This document shows, in pieces, positions 9,875-19,548 of a stretch of DNA of 64,000 nucleotides. Each line of letters starts with the position of its first letter. Position 1 is the stretch's first letter. The DNA is from a virus: positions 1-64,000 of the IMG/VR virus record IMGVR_UViG_3300023184_009676; one strand, written 5' to 3'. The position numbers and the translations under genes were made by a program. The notes under the pieces are model-generated. The model was not told where the DNA came from, made no database searches, and worked only from the letters and a program-made list of their open reading frames with translations.

Positions 9875-10536
9875 GCGGCAGAACTGGACCTAACATTGTT
9901 CGCAATGGTTTAATTTTTGAACTTGATGCTGCTGATAAAAACAGCTATCCTGGCGCCGGAACACTGTGGAAAAATTTAGCCTCAAACACTTACAATGGCA
10001 CCTTAACAAATGGTCCAACATATAGTAGTGCCAATAATGGATCAATTGTTTTTGATGGAGTTGATGATAGAGTAATAATTTCTCCAAGTATTTCCATGCC
10101 AAGCAGCTATACAATACAAGCTTGGTTTCAAAAAAATGCACTTAATGTATATGATCCAATATTAGCTGAAGCAAATTCTGCTGATGGATTTTGGATAGAT
10201 TCAAATTTATTAGCATGTTATTTTAATAGCGCTACGTATGTTATTTATGGAAATTCAAGTTTATCATTAAATAAATGGTATAATGTTTGCGTGTCTATGA
10301 ATAATTTAGGATCTTCTTATATTATAAATATGTATATAAATGGAATTTTAGATAAAACATATACAGGTGTGGGTTCTGTTACTACTTTTTTCCCAGCAGA
10401 TTCTATTGGTAGTGATGGATTTGGTGATACAATGAATGGAAAAATAGCTTGTGATCTTGCTTATAACCGCGTATTGACAGATTCAGAAATTTTACAAAAT
10501 TATAATGCAACCAAAGGCAGATTTAATTTACAATAA
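9871..10536 (+). CDS. LamG-like lectin domain virion protein, paralog 3
   Basis: Same frame motifs; overlaps paralog 2 by 4 nt. Confidence 0.75.
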   Translation: MSGRTGPNIVRNGLIFELDAADKNSYPGAGTLWKNLASNTYNGTLTNGPTYSSANNGSIVFDGVDDRVIISPSISMPSSYTIQAWFQKNALNVYDPILAEANSADGFWIDSNLLACYFNSATYVIYGNSSLSLNKWYNVCVSMNNLGSSYIINMYINGILDKTYTGVGSVTTFFPADSIGSDGFGDTMNGKIACDLAYNRVLTDSEILQNYNATKGRFNLQ

Positions 10537-10540
10537 ATAT

Positions 10541-10798
10541 ATGTACCAAAAAAGACAATTTATGATCTTTAATGTTTCTGAACTAGAAACAATTGATTTT
10601 AGCGAGGTATTAGAGTCTTCTGCTGAAACAGTAAGAAAAAGCGTTGATGGGACCAAAACATTTGTTAAATGGGAGTCAGAAGATGACTCTATACCCCCTT
10701 CAGTAGATATTTTGTTAACAAAAGAAGGTCCTTATACTTATGATGAGATAGTTAGTATTTTGGATACCAGTGAATGGTCGCTCCGTATTATAGTGTAA
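10541..10798 (+). CDS. Small acidic protein, possibly a chaperone or partner of the LamG proteins
   Basis: ATG 10541 lies 4 nt after the previous stop; contains IDFSEVLESSAETVRKSVDGTKTFVKW. Confidence 0.55.
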   Translation: MYQKRQFMIFNVSELETIDFSEVLESSAETVRKSVDGTKTFVKWESEDDSIPPSVDILLTKEGPYTYDEIVSILDTSEWSLRIIV

Positions 10799-10799
10799 T
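10793..10799 (+). promoter_or_regulatory. GTGTAAT motif
   Basis: 9 nt upstream of ATG 10809; overlaps the previous stop codon. Confidence 0.5.
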
Positions 10800-10808
10800 T
10801 AAATTTAT

Positions 10809-11870
10809 ATGTCAAATATTGTCTTATATCCAGGTTCAGGGATTTTGGAGTTCAATACAGGTGTTGCAGGGCAGTCTGTATTAGATAACTCTTTAACTGG
10901 AGCATCCCGCTTTTTTTTTAACAGCGGGGAGATTAATTTGACAAATTATGCAACTGGCAATTTAAATAGATTTACTATAGATGGTTCCCAAGGCAGACTT
11001 TTTCTTATTGATGACCAATTGTCAGGTAGTTTATTTAGCGTCAATACAATTGCTGGTTTACCAGTGGTTGAGGCTTTTAGTGACAATACAGTAACTTTGG
11101 GTCAATATGGTAAATATGATTTAGTTGTTACTGGAAATGCAGTTGGAATTGGAGCACTCCCAGATACAGGGTCGCAAAAGTTATGCGTATCTTTAAGTGG
11201 CATAACTCCTTATGTTTTGCCATCTAATCCATTGTGTGTGGTTGGTAGTGGAAATACTTATGTTCAGATAAATATTCAAAACCGCGCAACTGGTAATAAT
11301 GCTTCAACAGATTTAATTATTACTGCAAATGATGGAACAGATAGCTCTTACTATCTTGATCTTGGATTAAATAACGTAGGATACAATCAAGCTGCATATG
11401 GGAATGTTTCTGGGCATGACGGATATTTATATGTTAATGGGGGTAATTTAACAGTTGGTACTCAAACTGTTGGAACGGCAGTTGAAATTCATGCAGGTGG
11501 TACAGCAGACGCAGACCAAGTTGCTAATTTAAATGCTACTGGAATTTGGTTCAAGCCAGTTACAACATTTATAAGTGGTTTAAATTTAAGTGGTTGTTTA
11601 GGTTTCTCATCCCAAACTTCTGCTTCTAGTTTTACTCTTGGTAACAATCCATTTTATGTCCATACTGGCGCCGCCGCAACATGGACGCTACCAACAATTG
11701 CAAGTACAAGTGGCCGCACTTATTTAATTAAAAACAAAGGGTCAGGATTAACCCTTTCTGGGAATGGTTCTGATACTCTTTATTCCTATAAAGCAACAGG
11801 AGTTTTTGTGTTAAATTCTGGAGATGCTAGTATAATTGTTAATGATGGCACAAATTGGTCAATTTTCTAA
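10809..11870 (+). CDS. Fibre/spike-like virion protein
   Basis: 353 aa, beta-rich; DGSQGRLF..SLFSVNTIAGLPVVEAFSDNTV and a C-terminal TLP...GRTYLIKN...DGTNW fibre-tip-like segment. Confidence 0.55.
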   Translation: MSNIVLYPGSGILEFNTGVAGQSVLDNSLTGASRFFFNSGEINLTNYATGNLNRFTIDGSQGRLFLIDDQLSGSLFSVNTIAGLPVVEAFSDNTVTLGQYGKYDLVVTGNAVGIGALPDTGSQKLCVSLSGITPYVLPSNPLCVVGSGNTYVQINIQNRATGNNASTDLIITANDGTDSSYYLDLGLNNVGYNQAAYGNVSGHDGYLYVNGGNLTVGTQTVGTAVEIHAGGTADADQVANLNATGIWFKPVTTFISGLNLSGCLGFSSQTSASSFTLGNNPFYVHTGAAATWTLPTIASTSGRTYLIKNKGSGLTLSGNGSDTLYSYKATGVFVLNSGDASIIVNDGTNWSIF

Positions 11871-11876
11871 TATTTT

Positions 11877-12398
11877 ATGAATAAATTAAAAGTGTTTTTA
11901 GTAGTGCTGTTCTTGGGGGTATTTTCTTTAATTGGAGCTCAGTACTTAATGGACTTTGACTATGGTAATATTAGTAGCGACGGGAGTGGAAATATTAATG
12001 CATCAACAATAAATATAAATAGTGCCTTTATCATCAGAAACAATGCCACAGTCCCAACATTAGTTCAAAATGTTAGCAGCTCACTTGTTTCATCATCTTC
12101 ATTAACTGGAAACGACGGTTTGATGCAATTGACTTATACTTGTACAATATCGGGTCAAGCCAGTACTTCCAACTATTTTACAATTACTCTGGGAGGGGCC
12201 GCAACTTCCACAAATTCATTAATTGTGATTCCTTGCCCTAATACTACAACAAATGGCGCAAGTTTAGCGACTGGCAATGCGACAATAAATCGTTTACTTG
12301 TCACGGCTAGTTCAAATTCTTTTCTATTAAGTACTGGCCCATCTCTCCCCGCAATTTCAGCCACTCACGGTTTAGCGATTCGAGTATTTCGACAATAA
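11877..12398 (+). CDS. Signal-peptide protein, tandem paralog A
   Basis: MNKLKVFLVVLFLGVFSLIGA|QY; 173 aa, Ser/Thr/Asn-rich. Confidence 0.7.
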   Translation: MNKLKVFLVVLFLGVFSLIGAQYLMDFDYGNISSDGSGNINASTININSAFIIRNNATVPTLVQNVSSSLVSSSSLTGNDGLMQLTYTCTISGQASTSNYFTITLGGAATSTNSLIVIPCPNTTTNGASLATGNATINRLLVTASSNSFLLSTGPSLPAISATHGLAIRVFRQ

Positions 12399-12415
12399 AT
12401 TAGAATATAAAATTT

Positions 12416-12937
12416 ATGAATAAATTAAAAGTATTTTTAGTGGTGTTATTTTTTGGAGCATTTTCCTTAATTGGTGCCCAATATTTAATGAATTTTGATT
12501 ATGGTAATATTACTAGTGATGGGACTGGAAATATTACTGCGTCAGCAATAAATTTTAATAATGCTTTTAGGATCAGAGCCAATACTACAGCCCCAACGCT
12601 AGTTCAAAATGTCAATAATACGGCGGTTACATCGTCTTCTTTAACTGGAAATGATGCTGTAATGCAGCTAACTTATACTTGTGCGGCGTTAACTCAACCT
12701 ACTGTATCCAATTATTTTACAATTACTTTAGCGGGAGCAGCAACTTCAACAAATTCATTAATTATAATTCCATGCTCTAATAGTACAACAAATGGCGCAA
12801 ATTTAGCAACTGCCAATGCAACACTAAACCGCTTGCTCGTTACAGCTAGTTCAAATTCTTTTATATTAACCGTTGGCGCATCTGCCCCAACTGCATCAGT
12901 CACTCATGGTTTAGCAATTCAAGTATTCCGACAATAA
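12416..12937 (+). CDS. Signal-peptide protein, tandem paralog B
   Basis: Colinear with paralog A, same length, highly similar. Confidence 0.7.
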   Translation: MNKLKVFLVVLFFGAFSLIGAQYLMNFDYGNITSDGTGNITASAINFNNAFRIRANTTAPTLVQNVNNTAVTSSSLTGNDAVMQLTYTCAALTQPTVSNYFTITLAGAATSTNSLIIIPCSNSTTNGANLATANATLNRLLVTASSNSFILTVGASAPTASVTHGLAIQVFRQ

Positions 12938-12941
12938 AATT

Positions 12942-13490
12942 ATGTCATCATTTGATAGCACAATTAGACTTAGGCAGCTCAATTCTTCTGAATTGTCTGG
13001 ATATATTTCTTTGGTTTGCCAAAGTTTATTATCGGGTGTCACAGGCATTCAAACTGGAAATTTAACTGGCGCATTTTATCCTTTAAATGGCAATCCTAGT
13101 GGATTTGTAGTTTCTGGTCAAACTGGAGTTTTTATGACCCAGTCAAATTTAAATAGCCTTTATTCTCAAACAATTTCATACGTTGCTGCAAATTATTATC
13201 CTGTTTCAAATCCAAGCGGCTATATTTCTAGTGCCACCATTCCTGCAATTTTATCTTTTGTTACAGGATGCTCAAGCGGCGTAAGCAGCGAATTTGTTCC
13301 TTTTTATTCTGGTGGCGCTCCATATACCTTTTCAAATACTCCAAGGGTAGTTTGCTCATTTCAAAATGCAATAGATTCTAATGTATACGCCACTTCATTA
13401 GGCAATATTTTACCATATGGATTTTATATAAATTATAGCCAGCCAATTGCGCAGAGTGGATATTATTTAAATGTCGTTTCAACATTATAA
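12942..13490 (+). CDS. Virion protein sharing its N-terminal domain with the 3173 fibre
   Basis: MSSFDSTIRLRQ...FYPLNGNPSGF...LNSLYSQT...YYPVSNPSGYI aligns with the fibre N-terminus; short C-terminal lectin-like segment (FSNTPRVVCS). Confidence 0.65.
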   Translation: MSSFDSTIRLRQLNSSELSGYISLVCQSLLSGVTGIQTGNLTGAFYPLNGNPSGFVVSGQTGVFMTQSNLNSLYSQTISYVAANYYPVSNPSGYISSATIPAILSFVTGCSSGVSSEFVPFYSGGAPYTFSNTPRVVCSFQNAIDSNVYATSLGNILPYGFYINYSQPIAQSGYYLNVVSTL

Positions 13491-13493
13491 CCT

Positions 13494-15056
13494 ATGATAA
13501 GTTTATTCCAAAATGCAAAAATAGGCATCATTGATACAAGTGGTCAAATTGTTAATAGTACCAGCGGCAATGTATCTTTTGCTGCCAGACCATTTGTAAA
13601 TGGAACTGGACTTTTATTAAGCGGCGAAGCTGCGCCTTCTGGAATTTATGGTTCTCAATGGACCACAACTGGATCAAAAATTTATTATAATTCAGGTAAT
13701 ATTGGCGTAAATAATTCTAATCCACTTTATAAATTAGACATCTCTGGAACAATTGGAAACAGTAATGGCGGTCTTAATTTTGCAACTTCTGGAATTCAAT
13801 TATTAGTTACTGGGGGCACAAATAGCGGAGTAAATACTGGCATAATTGGCATTTGGATTTCTGGGGTTTCGCCTAGTATACCAAATCCCTATACTGGCGT
13901 ACCTCAAATAGGTTGGATTGCTCAATTCCCAAATGATTTAACATTGCCAAATAGAATAGCCAGAGTAACTGGTAGCGAATTTGCAAATACATCATATTGG
14001 AGAATATACTTTGATTCTTCTTTTGTAATTAGCTATCCACACACATATTACTCTAATCCAAATGTTAATATTATTCCTTATGGCGGTGGAAATGTTGGCA
14101 TAGCAAATAATAATCCTCAATATACTCTTGATGTGAGTGGAATGGGTAATTTTTCAAGTGGATTGTATGTTAATAGAAATCCTGTATCAACTGGGGAACC
14201 AATCGCCATTTCTTTAAGCGGCAGTGTTGTATTATTAACTGGCGGGCAAAATGTGACGGGAGCTAAAACTTTTAATGATGCAGTTATTTTAAGTGGAACA
14301 GCGGGACCCAATTCAATTACTCTTTCTGGAAATGGAACTGCCGTTTTTTCTAATGGAGCTGGGGCTTATTCAAATTTTTTACCAGGAGTATTTACTGTAA
14401 ATGATAATGCGGGCAGCATTCTTTCATTTGGTAATACTGCGGGCGGAGGGAGTCTTAGTGTTCAATCTGATGCAACTTTTTCAAAACGTCCAATTGTAAA
14501 TGGAACAGGAGTATTACTAGTTGGAGAGGCAGTAAGTCAGTGGGGATCATATGGTAGCGCGATTTATTATGACGCTGGATCAGTAGGCATTGGTACAGCC
14601 ACTCCATCTTACACTCTTGATGTCAATGGTTTTGTAAACACAAATAATGGATATAAAATATATGACGCAACTAATGACTTTACATGGACATTAAGTTACG
14701 GCGATCCTTATTTATCTTTTGACGCTCCAGATTCTGCAAACTTATTAACTTTATTAAATGGTAGCCCAGGGACCGTTGGAATAAATACTTACTCTCCCTC
14801 TTCATCTTATGCTCTTGATGTTAATGGATCAATACATTGCAACGGAAAAATAACTGCAGTTGGCGGCGTTGATCCGCCCTATGTTTTATTTGACTTAAAT
14901 ACAAGACAATCTGTCAAAATAAGAGTCTTGGCAGAAGTACCCATTGATAAACAATCTGGGGCAGCACAATTTTGGAACTTAGATACAAAAAAGATGGAAG
15001 TCTATATTGCATCTGAAGACAAATTTTATGACTTGAATGGCAATTTATTACAATAG
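13494..15056 (+). CDS. Fibre protein
   Basis: 520 aa; repeated GNIGVNNSNPLYKLDISG-type motifs; RPxVNGTGxLLxGEA shared with the 3173 fibre. Confidence 0.65.
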   Translation: MISLFQNAKIGIIDTSGQIVNSTSGNVSFAARPFVNGTGLLLSGEAAPSGIYGSQWTTTGSKIYYNSGNIGVNNSNPLYKLDISGTIGNSNGGLNFATSGIQLLVTGGTNSGVNTGIIGIWISGVSPSIPNPYTGVPQIGWIAQFPNDLTLPNRIARVTGSEFANTSYWRIYFDSSFVISYPHTYYSNPNVNIIPYGGGNVGIANNNPQYTLDVSGMGNFSSGLYVNRNPVSTGEPIAISLSGSVVLLTGGQNVTGAKTFNDAVILSGTAGPNSITLSGNGTAVFSNGAGAYSNFLPGVFTVNDNAGSILSFGNTAGGGSLSVQSDATFSKRPIVNGTGVLLVGEAVSQWGSYGSAIYYDAGSVGIGTATPSYTLDVNGFVNTNNGYKIYDATNDFTWTLSYGDPYLSFDAPDSANLLTLLNGSPGTVGINTYSPSSSYALDVNGSIHCNGKITAVGGVDPPYVLFDLNTRQSVKIRVLAEVPIDKQSGAAQFWNLDTKKMEVYIASEDKFYDLNGNLLQ

Positions 15057-15083
15057 GAATCTTATTTATTAAAAAATTAAATT

Positions 15084-15090
15084 GTGTAAT
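15084..15090 (+). promoter_or_regulatory. GTGTAAT motif
   Basis: 11 nt upstream of ATG 15102. Confidence 0.55.
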
Positions 15091-15101
15091 ATAATAATAT
15101 T

Positions 15102-15353
15102 ATGAACATTGAACCAAAAATAGTAACAGATACAAAAACCGTCACCTCATCATTCTCACTCTCTAAATTGAATGATTCTCATGTGACCATGGATGACCCA
15201 ATGAGAAAAACATTGAGAATTCAGTTGGTTGAGGCTATGCCACCCCAAAACGTAATCATTTCTGGTGAAGAATATGATTCTTTGGGTCAATGGACTGATG
15301 AATCATTGAGCGCCTTTCTGGTCGCTAAATATGGTCTTGTAGCTGCTTCCTAA
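15102..15353 (+). CDS. Small hypothetical protein, possible fibre assembly chaperone
   Basis: 83 aa; has its own upstream motif; contains GEEYDSLGQWTDE. Confidence 0.5.
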   Translation: MNIEPKIVTDTKTVTSSFSLSKLNDSHVTMDDPMRKTLRIQLVEAMPPQNVIISGEEYDSLGQWTDESLSAFLVAKYGLVAAS

Positions 15354-15390
15354 GTCTTTTAAAATATTAGAAAAACAATATCCATTTGCC

Positions 15391-15397
15391 GTGTAAT
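15391..15397 (+). promoter_or_regulatory. GTGTAAT motif
   Basis: 8 nt upstream of ATG 15406. Confidence 0.55.
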
Positions 15398-15405
15398 ATA
15401 CTTAT

Positions 15406-15768
15406 ATGGCAAATGTATATGATATTTCAATAGATCAAGGCTCCAGTTTAAACTTAACCTTAACAGCGACAGACTCGGCTGGGGCTTATTTAAATCTCTC
15501 TGGATATGCTGCCAGAGGCAAGATTAAGTATGGTTATGGTTCTACCGGTTATTTGCTTGATATCAATCCCACCGTTGATTCTAGTTACGTTAGCGGATTA
15601 ATTAATATTTCTCTTAGTGCAACCAGTACTTCTCTGCTTCCCATCACAAAAGCAGTCTATGACATAGAAGTTTATACTACGGGAACAATTGGAGCAATTG
15701 CCAGTGGCTATACTTTTAAAGTACTAAAGGGATACGCCGATGTTTCCCCAGAAGTAACAACAAGTTAA
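15406..15768 (+). CDS. Ig-like (BppU N-terminal-like) fibre adaptor
   Basis: YDISIDQGSS...LNLSGY.A...GLINISLSAT.T..L...AVYDIEV...VLKG...VSPEVT pattern; precedes a fibre gene. Confidence 0.55.
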   Translation: MANVYDISIDQGSSLNLTLTATDSAGAYLNLSGYAARGKIKYGYGSTGYLLDINPTVDSSYVSGLINISLSATSTSLLPITKAVYDIEVYTTGTIGAIASGYTFKVLKGYADVSPEVTTS

Positions 15769-15772
15769 ACTT

Positions 15773-17512
15773 ATGGCTGATATTAACGTGACAGTTCAGG
15801 ATAATCCTCTTAGCATTACTGTTAATACCAATCCTAATGTTTTTATCTCTGCTGCAACTGCTGGAGTGCAAGGACCAGCAGGTTCACAAGGGGCTTCTGG
15901 AGTTGCAGGACAATTAATTAGTTTAAATAGTTTAACAGGGTATGTTGACATCACTGGACTTGGCAACATCTCTATAACAACTGGTAGCAGTTTAATTTAT
16001 GTTTCTGGAGCAACTGGAAACTTTTACCCAATCAACAATCCAAGCGGATATACTGCAACTGGATTTGTTACTGGAATAAGCGGTTATTTACAAAATCAAA
16101 TAACATCTTTAAGTGGGACACTAACTGGTAATTATGTTTTAAATTCTTCTACCGGCGTTTTTGCCACAAGTGCAAATTTGATTTCAACTGGCTCTAATCT
16201 TCAAAATCAGATTAATTCTTTGAGCGGAACCTTAAATGGAAATTACGTTTTAAAATCCGCCACAGGAGTATTTGTAACAACTGGACAAACTGGAGTTTTT
16301 GCTACTTCAGCCAATCTTATATCAACGGGTTCAAATTTACAAGGTCAAATCTCAAGCCTTAGTGGAACTTTAACTGGCAATTATATATTAACAAATACTG
16401 CAACAGGAATTAGCGGCACATTAGCCTCATCTATTGCATCAACTGGTTCAAACTTACAGGGGCAAATAAATTCGTTGAGTGGTACATTAACAGGAAATTA
16501 CGTCTTAAATTCTAGTACTGGAATATTTGTTACAACAGGTCAGACAGGCAGCTTTGTAACAACAAATCAAACTGGTAACTCAAATACTTTGGGTGGACAA
16601 TCAGGTTCATATTATTTAAATTATGCAAATATGACTGGTTCTATAAATGGGACTGGTTCATTTGTTACTGCAAGTCAAACTGGCCAATTTTATCCAAATT
16701 CAAATCCATCTGGATATATTACTGGATTTAATTCTGGCATTTACGTTCAAACTGGACAAACTGGAAACTTTATAACTACAAGTCAGACTGGACAATTTTA
16801 CGCCAATTCAAATCCTTCTGGTTATATTACGGGGGTAAATCTTTCAAGCTATATTACTACTGGACAAACTGGAGTTTTTGCCACTAGTGCTAATTTAATC
16901 CTAACGGGTTCAAATCTTCAAGGTCAAATATCTTCTTTAAGCGGAACTTTGACTGGTAATTATGTTTTAATTTCAACCTCAACAGGAATTAGTGGAATTT
17001 TATCCTCTTCTATTGCTTCAACAGGGTCGAATTTACAAGGGCAAATTAATTCATTAAGTGGAACTTTGACTGGAAATTATGTTTTAAAATCTTCTACTGG
17101 CGTATTTGTTACTACAGGTCAAACTGGGGCTTTTTATCCAAATAGTAATCCATCTGGTTTCATCTCTGGTTATCAAAATGCCCAAGGATGGATTGGTATC
17201 ACTCAATCCCCAACATATTTTAATATAGACTCGCCCAATATTGGCAACTCTTATACAACTTTTGGAATTGGAGCATCTCAAGATGTTTCAATTACTCCAA
17301 ATAGAAATTTATTATTAAGTCCTGTTGGCAAAGTGGGCATTCAAAACTCTAATCCAGTATATGATTTAGATGTAATAGGCTCGGGGAATTTTAGCAACAA
17401 TCTTTCTGTTTCTGGCAGCATTTATACTGCTAGTGGGTTCCAGTTGTATGATGCCGGATTGGGGCGCATAGTTACAATTACCTGCTTTAATGGAATTTTA
17501 AGTGTTGATTAG
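15773..17512 (+). CDS. Repetitive fibre protein
   Basis: Short collagen-like GVQGPAGSQGASG stretch; multiple NLISTGSNLQGQISSLSGTLTGNY and FYPNSNPSGYITG repeats shared with the 3173 fibre. Confidence 0.7.
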   Translation: MADINVTVQDNPLSITVNTNPNVFISAATAGVQGPAGSQGASGVAGQLISLNSLTGYVDITGLGNISITTGSSLIYVSGATGNFYPINNPSGYTATGFVTGISGYLQNQITSLSGTLTGNYVLNSSTGVFATSANLISTGSNLQNQINSLSGTLNGNYVLKSATGVFVTTGQTGVFATSANLISTGSNLQGQISSLSGTLTGNYILTNTATGISGTLASSIASTGSNLQGQINSLSGTLTGNYVLNSSTGIFVTTGQTGSFVTTNQTGNSNTLGGQSGSYYLNYANMTGSINGTGSFVTASQTGQFYPNSNPSGYITGFNSGIYVQTGQTGNFITTSQTGQFYANSNPSGYITGVNLSSYITTGQTGVFATSANLILTGSNLQGQISSLSGTLTGNYVLISTSTGISGILSSSIASTGSNLQGQINSLSGTLTGNYVLKSSTGVFVTTGQTGAFYPNSNPSGFISGYQNAQGWIGITQSPTYFNIDSPNIGNSYTTFGIGASQDVSITPNRNLLLSPVGKVGIQNSNPVYDLDVIGSGNFSNNLSVSGSIYTASGFQLYDAGLGRIVTITCFNGILSVD

Positions 17513-17524
17513 TTATAATAGATT

Positions 17525-18721
17525 ATGAAAAAATGGTTTTTAACAGTTTTTTTGGTGATGACGGCATTTTTATTAAATGCGCAATATAGCCCCATTACAA
17601 TCAATCGAAGTGGTACAGTAGTAAACACTAATGAAAGTATCATATTTTCAAATAATATTATTTTATCATCTGGCAATCTTTATATTACCAATCATGCTTA
17701 TGATGTATCCACAAGCCAGCTTGACCCGATTGCTAACGAATATGTCACGGCTCAATATGTCCAGTCTATAATGGCTGCTAACTTTGACCTATATTTCTCG
17801 ACTAATTCTTCAGGGATTACAGTAACAAATGGTACGGGAGCCTTGTTTATTCCCTCGACAATGGTGCTAGCAAATCCAATAACTGCCCAGACCAACACAA
17901 TCTCATCATTCACAAACGGGACGTATTTTACAGCTCGTCTCCAGACCAACTCCATCTCTTACATCCAGTCTGTTCCCATTAACCTTTATACCTACGTCCA
18001 AATCACTGGCGGTGGTTCAATTACAGCTCATCCTGAAATATGGCTTTACAATACCAACGGGACAATTGTTAAGCTTGGATATTCTTCGGACAATACTTAC
18101 AGTTCGGACATTGCGGTTCCCGTGAACTTGTCAATCGCCATGACCAATACAGCTTACCTTAATGTGAATCTAACTAACAGCCCGCAGCTACTCCTGCGTT
18201 GGTATGTCACCTCATCTCAAGGCAATCCAACGTGGAGATTCTTGATTGGTGCTGGCAATGCTTCGCACATTACTGTTGGAACTATTCCGTCAGCAAATCA
18301 AAATTATGTGGGCACGTTCACTGGCACTCATATTGGCGATGGAGCTGGTTTAACAAACATATACTCGACAAATATCGTGACACAGGCTGGAACATTGGCG
18401 GTGGCCAGTGCCGCAACGAACTATACGGTCAACCTGCTTCCTGGTGGAATGGCCAATCTGCAGCAGATCTATCTAGCCAATACCAACTGTTATATCACAT
18501 TTACGGGAACGAATGTTATTGACTCTCAGCGTGCAGTATTATTCAGAGGGTGGACGAATATAGTAGTTAGCACATTAACCTTTGCTCTTCCTACGTGGCG
18601 CACAAACTATACGACGGCAAACTACTTTGTGACTAATGGTCAATCTGCTGTATTCAACTTCTATAATACAGATACAACTGGATCTAACGTGATGGTGTCT
18701 GATGGAGGACGATGGAAATGA
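17525..18721 (+). CDS. Signal-peptide, Thr-Asn-rich beta protein
   Basis: MKKWFLTVFLVMTAFLLNA|QY; about 18 TN dipeptides; GDGAGLTNI fibre-like motif. Confidence 0.65.
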   Translation: MKKWFLTVFLVMTAFLLNAQYSPITINRSGTVVNTNESIIFSNNIILSSGNLYITNHAYDVSTSQLDPIANEYVTAQYVQSIMAANFDLYFSTNSSGITVTNGTGALFIPSTMVLANPITAQTNTISSFTNGTYFTARLQTNSISYIQSVPINLYTYVQITGGGSITAHPEIWLYNTNGTIVKLGYSSDNTYSSDIAVPVNLSIAMTNTAYLNVNLTNSPQLLLRWYVTSSQGNPTWRFLIGAGNASHITVGTIPSANQNYVGTFTGTHIGDGAGLTNIYSTNIVTQAGTLAVASAATNYTVNLLPGGMANLQQIYLANTNCYITFTGTNVIDSQRAVLFRGWTNIVVSTLTFALPTWRTNYTTANYFVTNGQSAVFNFYNTDTTGSNVMVSDGGRWK

Positions 18722-19545
18722 AGTGGGCTATTTCTATATTATTATTTATCTGTCTGACGGCGCGTTCACAGTTTGATTTTAGTGGACCAATGGTTGGTGC
18801 ATTTGGGGGCTCTGCTCCTGTTAGTCAGTATAATTTTAAACAGAACTTAGTAATGTATTTTGCATGGGAAGAAACAAATGCTGCTACTCTAAGAACGAAT
18901 TACAATTCTCCACCACTATATTCAATAACAAACTCTGCGGCAGCTACACCATGGGTACAAACTAATGGTATTGTATTGCAAGGCGGTTTTAATAAAAGTT
19001 CTACGGGGGGCTATAGAGGAAATGGGCCAGCTATAAACTGGACTAGCAATGATTTTACCATGACCGCATGGGTAAAATTAGTCACAGGTACATATACATC
19101 ACAAGGTATATTTGCCTATGGCGATAATACTGGCGGTGGAAACGGTGTAAGCATTGCATATCGCGCTTCAACTGATGCGTCTCCCAGAACTAAAAGTATC
19201 ATGGCTACAGCATACATGACAAATGCTTCTACATATGTTCAAATCTTGTCTGGATTAAATTCAATGACCGAAAATACGTGGACACATGTTGCATTTATTA
19301 GAAGAAACTTGACGAATTATCAGATATGGTTAAATGGTGTTGTAAAATTTTCGTCCAATTATAACGCTGTTATTGGTAATGGCTATACGGCTGGTGCAAC
19401 TAATGTGGAAATAGGTATGATCAATGCGGGTTATCCGATTCAAGGAGCGGTTGACGAATTTGGTGCGTGGAGCAGAGCATTATCAACTAATGAAGTTCTT
19501 CAGCTATATAATTCTGGCGCAGGTTGGGGATATACAAATTTTTAA
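18712..19545 (+). CDS. Signal-peptide LamG-like lectin domain protein (start 18712 or 18718)
   Basis: MKWAISILLFICLTARS|QF; FTMTAWVK, WTHVAF, IWLNG and GAVDEFGAWSRALSTNEVLQLYN motifs. Confidence 0.7.
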   Translation: MEMKWAISILLFICLTARSQFDFSGPMVGAFGGSAPVSQYNFKQNLVMYFAWEETNAATLRTNYNSPPLYSITNSAAATPWVQTNGIVLQGGFNKSSTGGYRGNGPAINWTSNDFTMTAWVKLVTGTYTSQGIFAYGDNTGGGNGVSIAYRASTDASPRTKSIMATAYMTNASTYVQILSGLNSMTENTWTHVAFIRRNLTNYQIWLNGVVKFSSNYNAVIGNGYTAGATNVEIGMINAGYPIQGAVDEFGAWSRALSTNEVLQLYNSGAGWGYTNF

Positions 19546-19548
19546 TTT

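Noticed and set aside
8517-12937. Diversity-generating retroelement template/variable repeat pair among the paralogs
   Set aside because: Differences are not adenine-specific, all copies are intact ORFs, and no reverse transcriptase is present in the window.
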